Origin: Methanobacterium sp.
Lineage (GTDB): Archaea > Methanobacteriota > Methanobacteria > Methanobacteriales > Methanobacteriaceae
Direction of reading: 5' to 3'
Assembly (NCBI GenBank): GCA_018263005.1
Contig: JADFDH010000006.1
Coordinates: 6,384 to 70,383 of the forward strand
Length of the DNA: 64,000 nucleotides
Shown: piece by piece, positions 40,631 to 49,900 of the stretch
Position numbering within the stretch: position 1 is the stretch's first letter
How the letters are laid out: the number at the start of each line of letters is the position of its first letter
Made by a program: the position numbers and the translations under genes
Notes under the pieces: model-generated
What the model was told of the DNA's origin: nothing
Database searches by the model: none
Seen by the model: only the letters and a program-made list of their open reading frames with translations

Positions 40631-40984
40631 TTATCCCTTCCTCTCTATTACTTCATTTCTTTCATCGTCATCAAGATCCAGTTCTACCAGCATCACTTTA
40701 GAAGGGTGAACTGAATGATAAACTTGATTCCCATCGGGTTTCTGTACCGAAACACCATCGATCATTAACCGGTAATGTTTGAGGTCAACTTTCTCTACTT
40801 TTCCTTCCTGTTCCTTGAAATCTCCCCTCATCACCAGAACTTTATCTCCTTTTTTTACTGGTAGAGATCTTGTCTGGTACCTCTCTCTGAGCTCTTCAGA
40901 AAGTGTTACGCTCATTAATTTATGACGAACATGTAACGGTGCTTTAAAGCGAAATTTCCTTTGTTTTCTTGGCTGTTTTGACAT
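40631..40984 (-). CDS. rpl24: 50S ribosomal protein L24 (uL24)
   Basis: MSKQPRKQRKF start 5 nt after GGTGA, with a KOW motif. Confidence 0.92.
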   Translation of the reverse strand: MSKQPRKQRKFRFKAPLHVRHKLMSVTLSEELRERYQTRSLPVKKGDKVLVMRGDFKEQEGKVEKVDLKHYRLMIDGVSVQKPDGNQVYHSVHPSKVMLVELDLDDDERNEVIERKG

Positions 40985-41038
40985 AATATTCACCGTGTAT
41001 TAAATTCATTTAAAAAATATTATTAGTTTTATTCATTT

Positions 41039-41437
41039 TCAGACGATTATGCTGGCCGCACTTCCTATGGAAGGCCATCGGTCTGCTGCTTCCTTAGCAA
41101 CTGGTCCTCGTATTTCGGATCCTTTAAGCACTCCTTCCGGACTTAGAATTACAGCTGCATTATCTTCAAATTTAACTCTTAAACCGTCTGCTCTGCGGTA
41201 TTCTTTTTTCTGCCTGACCACTACCGCTGTAGTGACTTCTCTTCTCATTTCTACTGATCCCTTTTTTACGGAGATCACTATCATATCACCCACACCAGCA
41301 CTGGCTAATCTTCTTCTAACCCCTTTATATCCTTTAACCGATACGATTTCCACTTCTCTTGCGCCGGTGTTATCCACACACTGTAGTCGGGCTCCTATGG
41401 GTAGTGATTTGGAAACATTAGATGTGATAGCCTTCAT
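41039..41437 (-). CDS. rpl14: 50S ribosomal protein L14 (uL14)
   Basis: [20 protein letters not shown] pattern. Confidence 0.93.
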   Translation of the reverse strand: MKAITSNVSKSLPIGARLQCVDNTGAREVEIVSVKGYKGVRRRLASAGVGDMIVISVKKGSVEMRREVTTAVVVRQKKEYRRADGLRVKFEDNAAVILSPEGVLKGSEIRGPVAKEAADRWPSIGSAASIIV

Positions 41438-41438
41438 T

Positions 41439-41756
41439 TCAATCTCCCTTAACCTCGATTACTACGAAATGTTTGGTCTTACTGAGTGGTCTGCATTCTG
41501 CGATTTTCACCGCATCACCAATGCTTAAGTCTATGCAGTCAGGTTTATGTGCGTGTATAATTGATTTTCTTTTTTCGTATCTTTCAAACTTACGAATAAA
41601 TTTATAAAAACTTCTCTCTACAGTGACGGTTCTCTCCGCTTTATCACTGGTCACGATTCCTTCTAATATCTGCCCTCTTACAGGTAGATTTCCGTGGAAA
41701 GGACAGTTAGGATCATCGCATTTTGTTTTTGGTTCTGTAACGTCGATACCAATCAT
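41439..41756 (-). CDS. rps17: 30S ribosomal protein S17 (uS17)
   Basis: [22 protein letters not shown] start 5 nt after AGGTGA. Confidence 0.92.
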   Translation of the reverse strand: MIGIDVTEPKTKCDDPNCPFHGNLPVRGQILEGIVTSDKAERTVTVERSFYKFIRKFERYEKRKSIIHAHKPDCIDLSIGDAVKIAECRPLSKTKHFVVIEVKGD

Positions 41757-41876
41757 TAATATCACCTTTATAGTAAATTTTTTTTTCGAATAGTATTTTT
41801 AAGTAAGTTAACCCGTTTCATCCAGTATTCAAATTATAAATTCACAGATTTCTTCTGATGCTTATCAGTTGACCAC

Positions 41877-41950
41877 TGATCCTATAGAGCAGTATTTACT
41901 GATCCAGTATCAGTTCTCTGATGATCCTATAGAGCAGTATTTACTGATCC
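41877..41950. repeat. 29-bp perfect direct repeat (2 copies, 45-bp period) in the rnp1-rps17 spacer
   Basis: TGATCCTATAGAGCAGTATTTACTGATCC occurs at 41877-41905 and 41922-41950. Confidence 0.85.
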
Positions 41951-41954
41951 TATA

Positions 41955-42239
41955 TCACCAGTACTTTCTGTATCTCTTTTTAATCCTGTTTTCTGGACGA
42001 ATCGCTATTATTTGACCGTTAATTTCAACTTTAGCACCATCAGGAAGTTGGAAATGAAAAGTCGCCACTTTTTTGGGGATGATCTTTTCATTTCCCTTGT
42101 CATCCTCTATTTTGATGGTGTTCTTGGTTTCGTCAACAACCTTTCCTTTTATCCCTTTATATCCACTATGTGAGCTGCGGACTACCTCTACAGGCAAACC
42201 AACAAGCTCGTGTCTGAATATGTTTTGTGGAGTTATCAT
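41955..42239 (-). CDS. rnp1: RNase P protein component 1 (Rpp29/Pop4)
   Basis: ELVGLPVEVVRSSHSGYKGIKGKVVDETKNT pattern and operon position between sui1 and rps17. Confidence 0.88.
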   Translation of the reverse strand: MITPQNIFRHELVGLPVEVVRSSHSGYKGIKGKVVDETKNTIKIEDDKGNEKIIPKKVATFHFQLPDGAKVEINGQIIAIRPENRIKKRYRKYW

Positions 42240-42259
42240 GATATTATAAGAGACAGAAA

Positions 42260-42601
42260 TTATCTTCTCTTTCTGCCCTTACTTCTTTCATCCCTGTCTT
42301 TGATTTCAATGGTGTCTGAAGAAAAGCCCATATTAGCTAGAACTTCTTTCACTTTCCTTTTATGGTCTCCCTGAAGTTCTATCTGGCCTTTTTTTGCAGT
42401 TCCTCCACAGGCGCATTTATTTTTTAGTTCCTTGGTTAATTCTCTTATGTCGATGTCATGCTCATCGATACCTTCTACTATGGTCATGAGCTTCCCGAAT
42501 CTTCTTCTTACTGTGTAGACTTTAACTTTTTGAATCTCCCTTGCTATCTCTTCACATACGCAAAGTTCTTCTGGAAGACCGCATATCTCACAGACTGTCA
42601 T
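42260..42601 (-). CDS. translation initiation factor SUI1 (aIF1)
   Basis: N-terminal [13 protein letters not shown] and SUI1 fold sequence [13 protein letters not shown]...ACGGT. Confidence 0.88.
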   Translation of the reverse strand: MTVCEICGLPEELCVCEEIAREIQKVKVYTVRRRFGKLMTIVEGIDEHDIDIRELTKELKNKCACGGTAKKGQIELQGDHKRKVKEVLANMGFSSDTIEIKDRDERSKGRKRR

Positions 42602-42606
42602 CTATT

Positions 42607-42813
42607 TTAGTTCTCCTTCGTTTTTTCACTCATTATGGTAAGTACCCGGGCAATAGTCCGTTTAAGTTCTTTAACTTTACCCGGATCTTCATAAATTCCA
42701 GCGGCAGCGCTTTTAGAGACTATCTTTGAATGTTCTGCCCTGAGTTCATCCAATTTTTTCTGGATTTCCCCTATCTCCATTGCCCTTATTTCCTTGGACC
42801 TTAATATTACCAT
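42607..42813 (-). CDS. rpl29: 50S ribosomal protein L29 (uL29)
   Basis: LRSKEIRAMEIGEIQKKLDELR pattern. Confidence 0.92.
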   Translation of the reverse strand: MVILRSKEIRAMEIGEIQKKLDELRAEHSKIVSKSAAAGIYEDPGKVKELKRTIARVLTIMSEKTKEN

Positions 42814-42862
42814 TTTTCTACACCTTTTTATAATTTCCGAATTTATCTATTTTTCTAAAGAT

Positions 42863-43873
42863 TTACTGGGAATTTTCTTTGGTTTCTTTAGCAGGTTTAA
42901 CAAGATCGGCTGTTTTGAATTTTTTAAACTTGATTTCCGGTCCCTTTTTCTCTTCTGCTTCCACAGATTCTTTAACCTTCTTAGTCTCAGCTTCCACAGA
43001 TTCTTTAACCTTCTTAGTCTCAGCTTCCACAGATTCTTTAGCTTTCTTAGTCTCAGCTTTCACAGATTCTTTAGCTTTCTTGGCCTCAGCTTCCACAGTC
43101 TCTTTGACTTTCTTGGTCTCTGGTTCTTCTTCTATGTCTTCCAGGTTATCTTCTGTTTCTTCGCTTATTTCATCTTCAATTTCATCAGATACTGTTTCTT
43201 CAGCTACTTCCACGTCTGGAGCTGGTGATTCTTCTTCCTCTGTACTTTCCACCAGGGTTTCACTTGGTGATTCTTCCACAGTGGGCATTATTATATCAAC
43301 TTTATCAGGCAGTACAGTTCCTGGTGGCATGATCCTTACATAAATTCCCAGAACACCCGGTTTAAGTTGGACTGTTGCAAATCCTTCCCTTACAAAACGG
43401 GTGGATGGTTCACCACATTTCTTTATGTATCCATCTATAAATTTGGCACATGCAGATCTGGATCCTCTAATCTTACCAGAAATGGTAACCTCCACACCCT
43501 GGGCTCCTGCGCCCATTATTCTTCGAAGTGCAGTGTAAGCCACTCTCCTGAAGTGCATACCCCTCTGTAACATGGCCGCTATTTTATGGGCCATGATCTT
43601 GGGATTGAGTTCGGGGACATCCACCTCTTTAACTTCTACCTGGGGATTTTCCAGTTCGTAGTTGTTTTTTAGATTCTGGGTTATATTTCGGACGGTTTTT
43701 CCTCCTCTTCCTATAACCATACCGGGACGTTCTGCATAAACCACCACCATGGTTCCTAGAGGTGTTACTTGAATCTCCATTCCACCGTAACCGGCTCTTT
43801 CCAGTTCTTTTTCTAAATATTCATCGATTCTAGTCCTTTTAAGACCTTCTGTTACAAAATCCTTTTCAATCAT
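42863..43873 (-). CDS. rps3: 30S ribosomal protein S3 (uS3) with a long repetitive K/E-rich C-terminal extension
   Basis: KH-domain N-terminal ~210 aa, followed by acidic and ETKK(V/A)KESVEA repeat tails. Confidence 0.92.
   Translation of the reverse strand: MIEKDFVTEGLKRTRIDEYLEKELERAGYGGMEIQVTPLGTMVVVYAERPGMVIGRGGKTVRNITQNLKNNYELENPQVEVKEVDVPELNPKIMAHKIAAMLQRGMHFRRVAYTALRRIMGAGAQGVEVTISGKIRGSRSACAKFIDGYIKKCGEPSTRFVREGFATVQLKPGVLGIYVRIMPPGTVLPDKVDIIMPTVEESPSETLVESTEEEESPAPDVEVAEETVSDEIEDEISEETEDNLEDIEEEPETKKVKETVEAEAKKAKESVKAETKKAKESVEAETKKVKESVEAETKKVKESVEAEEKKGPEIKFKKFKTADLVKPAKETKENSQ
42957..43121 (-). repeat. in-frame tandem repeat, 5 x 33 bp, inside the rps3 3' region
   Basis: The plus-strand unit GCTTCCACAGATTCTTTAACCTTCTTAGTCTCA repeats at 42957, 42990, 43023, 43056 and 43089 (last unit degenerate). 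It encodes [11 protein letters not shown] units. Confidence 0.9.
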
Positions 43874-44331
43874 TGAATCTCCCCTAGTACTACTTGTATG
43901 TGGGTGGTTGGTGTGTTAAAGGGACTTGCTCTTCCAAAAGCTCGGGGAGTCCATCCTCTAATAACGTAACCTCGGTGACTGGATATATGTTCGATTTTAA
44001 GATTTTCCGTATCTAATCCCTGATATTCAGCGTTGGCTTCGGCATTTATCAGCACATCTAAAATTTGAGATGCTGCTTTAACCGGATAACGACCAGTGGG
44101 CCATCCTTTAAGACCTTTACGGTGTCCTATCTTTTTATTATGTCTTTTAAAGGGTACTGGTTTCTTCATTTCTATTACGTCTTCTAAATATTCCTTAGCC
44201 TCTTCTATTTCCATTCCCCTTATGGTTCTGCATATCTCAACAGCATGTTTTGGGGATATTTTAAGAGATCGGCCGCTTGCCTTTGCTTTTTTTGATGTAT
44301 CCTCATTGTAAGCGTATTTAATCTTTGCCAT
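43870..44331 (-). CDS. rpl22: 50S ribosomal protein L22 (uL22)
   Basis: [18 protein letters not shown] pattern. It overlaps rps3 by 4 nt. Confidence 0.93.
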   Translation of the reverse strand: MAKIKYAYNEDTSKKAKASGRSLKISPKHAVEICRTIRGMEIEEAKEYLEDVIEMKKPVPFKRHNKKIGHRKGLKGWPTGRYPVKAASQILDVLINAEANAEYQGLDTENLKIEHISSHRGYVIRGWTPRAFGRASPFNTPTTHIQVVLGEIQ

Positions 44332-44343
44332 GATATTAACTCC

Positions 44344-44754
44344 TTATTTAAGGGGTACGAACATGGATGATCTGGTTGCACCCATCCCCGGATCTCCGTG
44401 CTGGACTCTTTGTCTGGTCACTGCAAACTCCCCGAAATAGCAGCCAATCATCTCTGGCTGGATAGTTATTTCTACAAATTGTTTGCCGTTGTATATTCCA
44501 AAGGTCATTCCCACCATCTCTGGTAGGACTATCATATCCCGGCAGTGAGTCTTTATAATGCGGGGCCTTCCTCCCTGGTCTCCTTCTTTTTTAAGTTTTC
44601 TAATTTTTTCTAATACCTTCTTCTGTCTGGGTAGGAAGCCTTTCTTCAGGGATCTTCTTTGCCTGGAAGGGAATAGTTGAATAACATTATCCAGTGGCAT
44701 CTGTTGCAATTCTTCCAGGGTATAACCGCGATAACTAAATTCTTTTCTAGCCAA
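44344..44754 (-). CDS. rps19: 30S ribosomal protein S19 (uS19)
   Basis: [15 protein letters not shown] pattern. Confidence 0.93.
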   Translation of the reverse strand: MARKEFSYRGYTLEELQQMPLDNVIQLFPSRQRRSLKKGFLPRQKKVLEKIRKLKKEGDQGGRPRIIKTHCRDMIVLPEMVGMTFGIYNGKQFVEITIQPEMIGCYFGEFAVTRQRVQHGDPGMGATRSSMFVPLK

Positions 44755-44829
44755 TTAGTCTCCTCCTAATGAATCTGTCTAATATCTATTATTTTCACTA
44801 AATTTTCTTGTTTTATAATTTTTTAGGAT

Positions 44830-45555
44830 CTATCTTCTTTTTCCTGTTCGTTTAGCAGCGATGGAACCTACTTTTCTACCTGGTGGTGCGTGTCTGGATA
44901 TGGTGGTCGGCCTACCAGGATGCTGTCTATTACCTCCACCGTGGGGGTGATCTACTGCGTTCATGGCCACTCCTCTCACACCTACACTCTTCTTACCTTT
45001 AGCTTTCATAGCGTAGTGTCTGTTCCCTGCTTTAAGGAATGGTTTCTCTTTTCTTCCGCCTCCAGCTACCACTCCAATGGTGGCTCTGCAGTGGGGGTTG
45101 AATGCCTTTAATTCACCGGATGGTAATTCGATGATGGCTTTACCAACATCATGGGTGATCAAAGAAGCGTAAGTACCGGATGATCTGACGAATTTACCGC
45201 CATCTCCTGGGTATTTCTCAATGTTATAAATAGGGGTACCTTCCGGAATTTCAGCCAGTGGTAGGGAATTACCAGGACTTATAGGTGCTGATACTCCACA
45301 GGCAATATTATCATTAATTTTAATACTTTCTGGTGCTAAAATAAGTAATTTTTCATCGTTTTCAAAGTTAACCAACGCCAGTGGGGCGCTTCTTCCGGGA
45401 TCGTGGATGATGTCCACCACTTTACCCTGAAGGCTTCCTTCTTTTTCTATATCATCATAAAATCGATAAGCGATCCTTCCCTTAAATCTGTGCGATGCAC
45501 TTTTATAAGTGGGAGTTCCTCGTCCTCTCCTCTGAATTATCAATCGTTTTCCCAT
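44830..45555 (-). CDS. rpl2: 50S ribosomal protein L2 (uL2)
   Basis: GVAMNAVDHPHGGG motif. Confidence 0.95.
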   Translation of the reverse strand: MGKRLIIQRRGRGTPTYKSASHRFKGRIAYRFYDDIEKEGSLQGKVVDIIHDPGRSAPLALVNFENDEKLLILAPESIKINDNIACGVSAPISPGNSLPLAEIPEGTPIYNIEKYPGDGGKFVRSSGTYASLITHDVGKAIIELPSGELKAFNPHCRATIGVVAGGGRKEKPFLKAGNRHYAMKAKGKKSVGVRGVAMNAVDHPHGGGNRQHPGRPTTISRHAPPGRKVGSIAAKRTGKRR

Positions 45556-45595
45556 TTTATTTTTCCTCCCTTAGGGATGTTATTATATATTATTA

Positions 45596-45856
45596 TTAGA
45601 ATACTCCCATTTTCACAGCTATATCTTCTGCACTGTGTTCGGCTTCCAGTTTTATGTATGCCATTTTTTCACCGCGAGAAGTGATCTGGGTGTTGACCCT
45701 TTCCACCTTAACAGCGTAAAGATCTTCAAAGGCCGTTTTTATCTGTGTTTTACTGGCCGTCCTTCTAACCATGAAGGTTAATTCATTGTTTTGATCAATG
45801 GCATTCATACTTTTTTCTGTTAAATGTGGTTTTATTATTATTGAATAAGAATCCAT
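45596..45856 (-). CDS. rpl23: 50S ribosomal protein L23 (uL23)
   Basis: MDSYSIIIKPHLTEKSMN start (ATG 45856). Confidence 0.92.
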   Translation of the reverse strand: MDSYSIIIKPHLTEKSMNAIDQNNELTFMVRRTASKTQIKTAFEDLYAVKVERVNTQITSRGEKMAYIKLEAEHSAEDIAVKMGVF

Positions 45857-45876
45857 TTTCAATACATCCTAAGCAT

Positions 45877-46665
45877 TTATTTGTTTTGGAATAATTCTCC
45901 TAATTTTTCTATGGCTGATTTTGTGTAAATGGTAAGTCTTCCGGGATGAGTTCCGGGGGCTAGTAATTCTGCGTTAAGGTTATCCACCACCACAATATCT
46001 ACACCCGGATGGTTTCTTGCGCCTAGACTTATTCCTTTATCTTCTCCAACAACCAGTAAAGGTCCTTTTGGTGTTTTGTATTTCCTTCCCCTTGTTTTAC
46101 CTCTACCGGCCCGTATTTTTCGTCCTGATTTGGCCCTGACAACATCATCCATTATTCCCAATTTTTTCATGATCTCTCTGGTTTGGCTGGTTCGCTTAAC
46201 CTTGCATAATTCATCATCAACTACCAGGGGTATTTGGGCAACTTTTTCTGTGCGATGACCTCTTTCTTTTACCAGTTCTGGTTTTGCTGTTGCGGCCACT
46301 GCAGATCTTATGGCTAATCTTCTTTCTTTTTTGTTTATTTTCTCATGGATGATCCGAGCAGCTCTTGGTGGATGCGCCCTTCTTCCGCCTACAGCCTGGG
46401 GTACGAAAGCCCCTTTAGATCCGGCGGGGTGTCTGGAACCCTTCACCCGAGGAACCATAGCTGCACCACGGCCCGCTCCAAATGATTCGGCGGTGGTTCG
46501 CTTTCCAGCCATAGGATCTGTTCCCCATGGTTGAATTCTGGCTGTTTGAGCAGATATTACTGCTCTTTTTATGAGATCAGGCCTAAATTCTTCTGTAAAA
46601 ATATCAGGAAGTTCGATTTCATCTATTTCTTCACCTTCCAATGAGTAAACCTTGATTTTCGACAT
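45877..46665 (-). CDS. rpl4: 50S ribosomal protein L4 (uL4)
   Basis: Operon position plus the [14 protein letters not shown] and [12 protein letters not shown] motifs. Confidence 0.93.
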   Translation of the reverse strand: MSKIKVYSLEGEEIDEIELPDIFTEEFRPDLIKRAVISAQTARIQPWGTDPMAGKRTTAESFGAGRGAAMVPRVKGSRHPAGSKGAFVPQAVGGRRAHPPRAARIIHEKINKKERRLAIRSAVAATAKPELVKERGHRTEKVAQIPLVVDDELCKVKRTSQTREIMKKLGIMDDVVRAKSGRKIRAGRGKTRGRKYKTPKGPLLVVGEDKGISLGARNHPGVDIVVVDNLNAELLAPGTHPGRLTIYTKSAIEKLGELFQNK

Positions 46666-46710
46666 TTTAAATCACTCTTTTATATTACCAATGTGAATTT
46701 GATTTTTAAT

Positions 46711-47721
46711 TTAAACTCCCTGTTTAGAAGCTGTGCTGATAAATGATATTTGAGCAGGGTCATTATGTTTTCCGTGGGGTCTTATGGCTTTTCTCAGCAT
46801 CACCAGACGTTTCGATGGTCCGGGTACCGAACCTGCAATTAGCACATAGTTATTTTTCACCAGACCATATTTTACAAATCCACCCTGAGGGTTGACATCA
46901 TCCACTTCTGATACGTCTCCAATTTTCAGGATCTTCTTATTGAACTCGGTTCTCTTATGGTAGCCCATCTGACCAGCCATGGGTACTGTCCACATGGTCC
47001 GGGAAGGTGACCATGGTCCAATTGAACCTACAACCCTTGCTTTACTGCTTCTTTTTGCTTTTCCGTATTGTATCCTTATACCGAATCTTTTAACCGGTCC
47101 CTGGAATCCTTTTCCCTTAGTAACTGCTATTGCATCCACATGTTCTCCATTGGAAAAAGCGTCCGCATAGTTGATTTGTGAGCCCAATACTCCTATGGCA
47201 TAATCCAGTTTCTCTTCTACACTGCTACCCCCAATACCACATTCCAGTATTTCCGGTTTCTTCTTAGAAACACTGGTTAACCGGGGTTTGGTGTGAATTA
47301 AAACCCTTATTTCTTCTACTACATCTAATTTCTTCTTTAATTCTTCTATCCGTGCTTCAGGATCATAATCTTCAGGTAGGGTGATGGTTCTTTCCAGATC
47401 TTCATCCAGGTCCCCTGCCAGAATGTCGGTCATGGTTGCCAGACCGTAAGTATCCTTACGGTAGGCTCTGATGGCCATTACAACAGCTGGGGGTGTTTCC
47501 AGTACGGTTACTGGTTTGCTTATTTCCATTCCTTCTGTTGGTGAGTTTTTTGTGTTGTCCAACATGGTTACGTGGGTCATTCCCACTTTATAGCCTGGAA
47601 ATCCTAAAAGCCCTACTTCTTCAATTTCAGGCCAGGAGCTGGTTTTTGGTGATTCCTTAGCCGCTCTCTTCCTAGGACTATATGCAATTGATCCTTTTCT
47701 TGGTTGGTGATGTCTAGTCAT
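46711..47721 (-). CDS. rpl3: 50S ribosomal protein L3 (uL3)
   Basis: HQPRKGSIAYSPRKRA N-terminus and FPGYKVGMTHV. Confidence 0.95.
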   Translation of the reverse strand: MTRHHQPRKGSIAYSPRKRAAKESPKTSSWPEIEEVGLLGFPGYKVGMTHVTMLDNTKNSPTEGMEISKPVTVLETPPAVVMAIRAYRKDTYGLATMTDILAGDLDEDLERTITLPEDYDPEARIEELKKKLDVVEEIRVLIHTKPRLTSVSKKKPEILECGIGGSSVEEKLDYAIGVLGSQINYADAFSNGEHVDAIAVTKGKGFQGPVKRFGIRIQYGKAKRSSKARVVGSIGPWSPSRTMWTVPMAGQMGYHKRTEFNKKILKIGDVSEVDDVNPQGGFVKYGLVKNNYVLIAGSVPGPSKRLVMLRKAIRPHGKHNDPAQISFISTASKQGV

Positions 47722-47764
47722 AAAATTTTTCCTCCTTACATTGGCAAGATTCTTTAAATCCGAG

Positions 47765-48577
47765 TTATTCCGTATTTAAGAGCAAGTTAAATACAGATAA
47801 TGTTGATAATACCGCCTCTTCAGTCCTTACAGTTTTAGTTCCCTGTTCCGGGACGGTGTTTACCTCAAAGTTCACGTCCCTTTCATCGATTAAATCGTGC
47901 AAGCCTGAATATGGACCGCCGAACAAAATAGCTATCCGTTTGGAGCCCTTTAAACTATCTTTAACTTCATCTAAAATAGAAACAATAGATACAGCATATT
48001 TACTTGTTCCAATAACCAGATCCGGTTTTGGTTTAAGCATCCCTATACTATCATGCAAATTCTTATAAGTAGATAAAGTCTTATAACCCCAATAAACTTC
48101 TGGTTTATCAGGTTCTACAATTATTTCCTTGGCAAGCTTGGTTACCCGAAAGCTTAAGACTTTGTTTACGCTGAGCTTTTCCTTGCACAACGCCAGTCTG
48201 TCAGCACCAATGTCAACAATGGTGCCCTTTTTTACTCTTTTTATGGTTAGTCCCTGTCTATAATCACCTTGTCTGACTTCTTCAGTGGGGTGATGTGGAG
48301 TGCGCAGCGGTGGAAGTATCCCTGCATAACGCAACTCTTTAGTTATAGGAAATACCTTTTTTTTAAGGTACTGAGGTGTATTCATATAAGTGAGAACATC
48401 ACTAATAAACTTTACCTCTTCTTTAGTAGAATTATCACTGTAAATCACTATTCTGTCAACCCGAAATAGAGCTGCAGATCTTCCTATCAAGCCTACTTTA
48501 TAGGTTCTAAGTTTTAAATCTTTTGTTTCCGCCAGAATTGAAGCTGGTAAAAAGATGGATATATGTTTTCCTTCCAT
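47765..48577 (-). CDS. SPOUT-superfamily putative RNA methyltransferase (DUF171 family) at the head of the r-protein operon
   Basis: ISIFLPASILAETKDLKLRTYKVGLIGRSAALFRVDRIVIY resembles the DUF171 family that precedes rpl3 in Methanobacteriales. This assignment is from memory of that family. Confidence 0.65.
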   Translation of the reverse strand: MEGKHISIFLPASILAETKDLKLRTYKVGLIGRSAALFRVDRIVIYSDNSTKEEVKFISDVLTYMNTPQYLKKKVFPITKELRYAGILPPLRTPHHPTEEVRQGDYRQGLTIKRVKKGTIVDIGADRLALCKEKLSVNKVLSFRVTKLAKEIIVEPDKPEVYWGYKTLSTYKNLHDSIGMLKPKPDLVIGTSKYAVSIVSILDEVKDSLKGSKRIAILFGGPYSGLHDLIDERDVNFEVNTVPEQGTKTVRTEEAVLSTLSVFNLLLNTE

Positions 48578-48693
48578 CTTTTAATGTCTGTTTACTATAG
48601 GTTTATATATATCTATTACAGTAAATTAGTTTTGATTATACTTTTTCCTGATATTTATAAATTACCCATTCAAACCTATATAAAATTATATAC

Positions 48694-48827
48694 AGATCGG
48701 ATCAAGGGAACGATATATATAATAATATAGATCCTAACCATGACCAGTTTGATATAAATAATAATGGATCCTATCCATGATCGAGTTAAAATCAATGATA
48801 AATATCCAATGACCAGTTCGATTTGAT
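48694..48827. repeat. three to four imperfect direct repeats of about 37 bp upstream of the r-protein super-operon
   Basis: GATCCTAACCATGACCAGTTTGAT (48730), GATCCTATCCATGATCGAGTTAAA (48767) and ATCCAATGACCAGTTCGATTTGAT (48804). A weaker unit lies near 48694. Confidence 0.55.
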
Positions 48828-48921
48828 TTTATAGAGATCTGATATAGATACTCTTCTATTGAATATTTTTTTTTAAGATTCGAATATTGAATGTAAAATA
48901 GCTCACATACAAAAATTAGCA

Positions 48922-49542
48922 TCATCCTTTTACTATCCTTAAAACAACCACTTCCACTTCTACTTCTTCTTTCTGGTGGAAATCATACATATGTGGTATG
49001 GGAAAATGATAGTAATAAGATTGAGACACATAAGCACCTTCTGATTCGAATAACTGCTTAACAAATTTCTCAGTCTCTTTTAAATGAAATGAATATACCA
49101 CTGGAGCTACTTTAACAGATTTAGATATGAAAATCCTATCTGCTTCCTTTCTATGGGCTTTCTGAGCACCGAATGGTGGGTTCTGCACCACAGTATCGGC
49201 TTTCTCATTGAACTCACCAATATCTCCGGTAATGAACCGGCAACGATCATCCAAACCTCTTTGAGAAGCTTCCTTACGGGCTATCGCCACAGCCTGAGGA
49301 TCAGCATCCACACCCACCACCTGAGAAGCACCCAAAAGAGCAGCGCCAACAGAAAGAATACCCGTACCACATGCCAGATCCGCAACTTTCAAACCCCCAA
49401 TATCACCTAAAGAATAGGCATTCCACAGAATATCCGCAGCAATCCCAGCCGGTGTCTGATACTGTTCCATATCCACTTTAGGCTCTTTGAAAGTTGCAAT
49501 GGACTCAAGAGCCATTTCCAGGTGTCTTTTCTTCCGAATCAT
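48922..49542 (-). CDS. class I SAM-dependent N6-adenine methyltransferase (METTL5-like rRNA methyltransferase candidate)
   Basis: SAM motif VADLACGTGILSVGAALLGA and catalytic VVQNPPFG. Confidence 0.75.
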   Translation of the reverse strand: MIRKKRHLEMALESIATFKEPKVDMEQYQTPAGIAADILWNAYSLGDIGGLKVADLACGTGILSVGAALLGASQVVGVDADPQAVAIARKEASQRGLDDRCRFITGDIGEFNEKADTVVQNPPFGAQKAHRKEADRIFISKSVKVAPVVYSFHLKETEKFVKQLFESEGAYVSQSYYYHFPIPHMYDFHQKEEVEVEVVVLRIVKG

Positions 49543-49900
49543 AAAAATTCAATTATATTATCTATAGACCGTTCTAAAAAAATAATACCCTACAATTCAT
49601 TTAAAGTAAAAAAAATTTATGATTCATAAAATAAAAATCAATCCCAACCACCATTATTAACTGATTGAACTAAAAAATAAGACATATCACCATTCCAATC
49701 TGTCCTGAGTAAATTATTGATATCCTAAGCAATAGGCCAGTCCCCAATAGATTAACTCAAACTATATAAAGGAAAAAAATATATAGAATTGTAAATAAAT
49801 AGATAATAAATATTAGATATAAAAATAAGTAAATTAAACAGGGTTTAACGGTGCTTAAAGAATAGATCATAAATTTATCAGATTATAAGGAAAGATTTTC

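Noticed and set aside
48578-48921. A replication origin (ORB-like repeats) in the AT-rich spacer.
   Set aside because: The boxes do not resemble the ORB/mini-ORB dyad I recall. No cdc6/orc1 gene is adjacent. A promoter-proximal regulatory role is the more economical reading.
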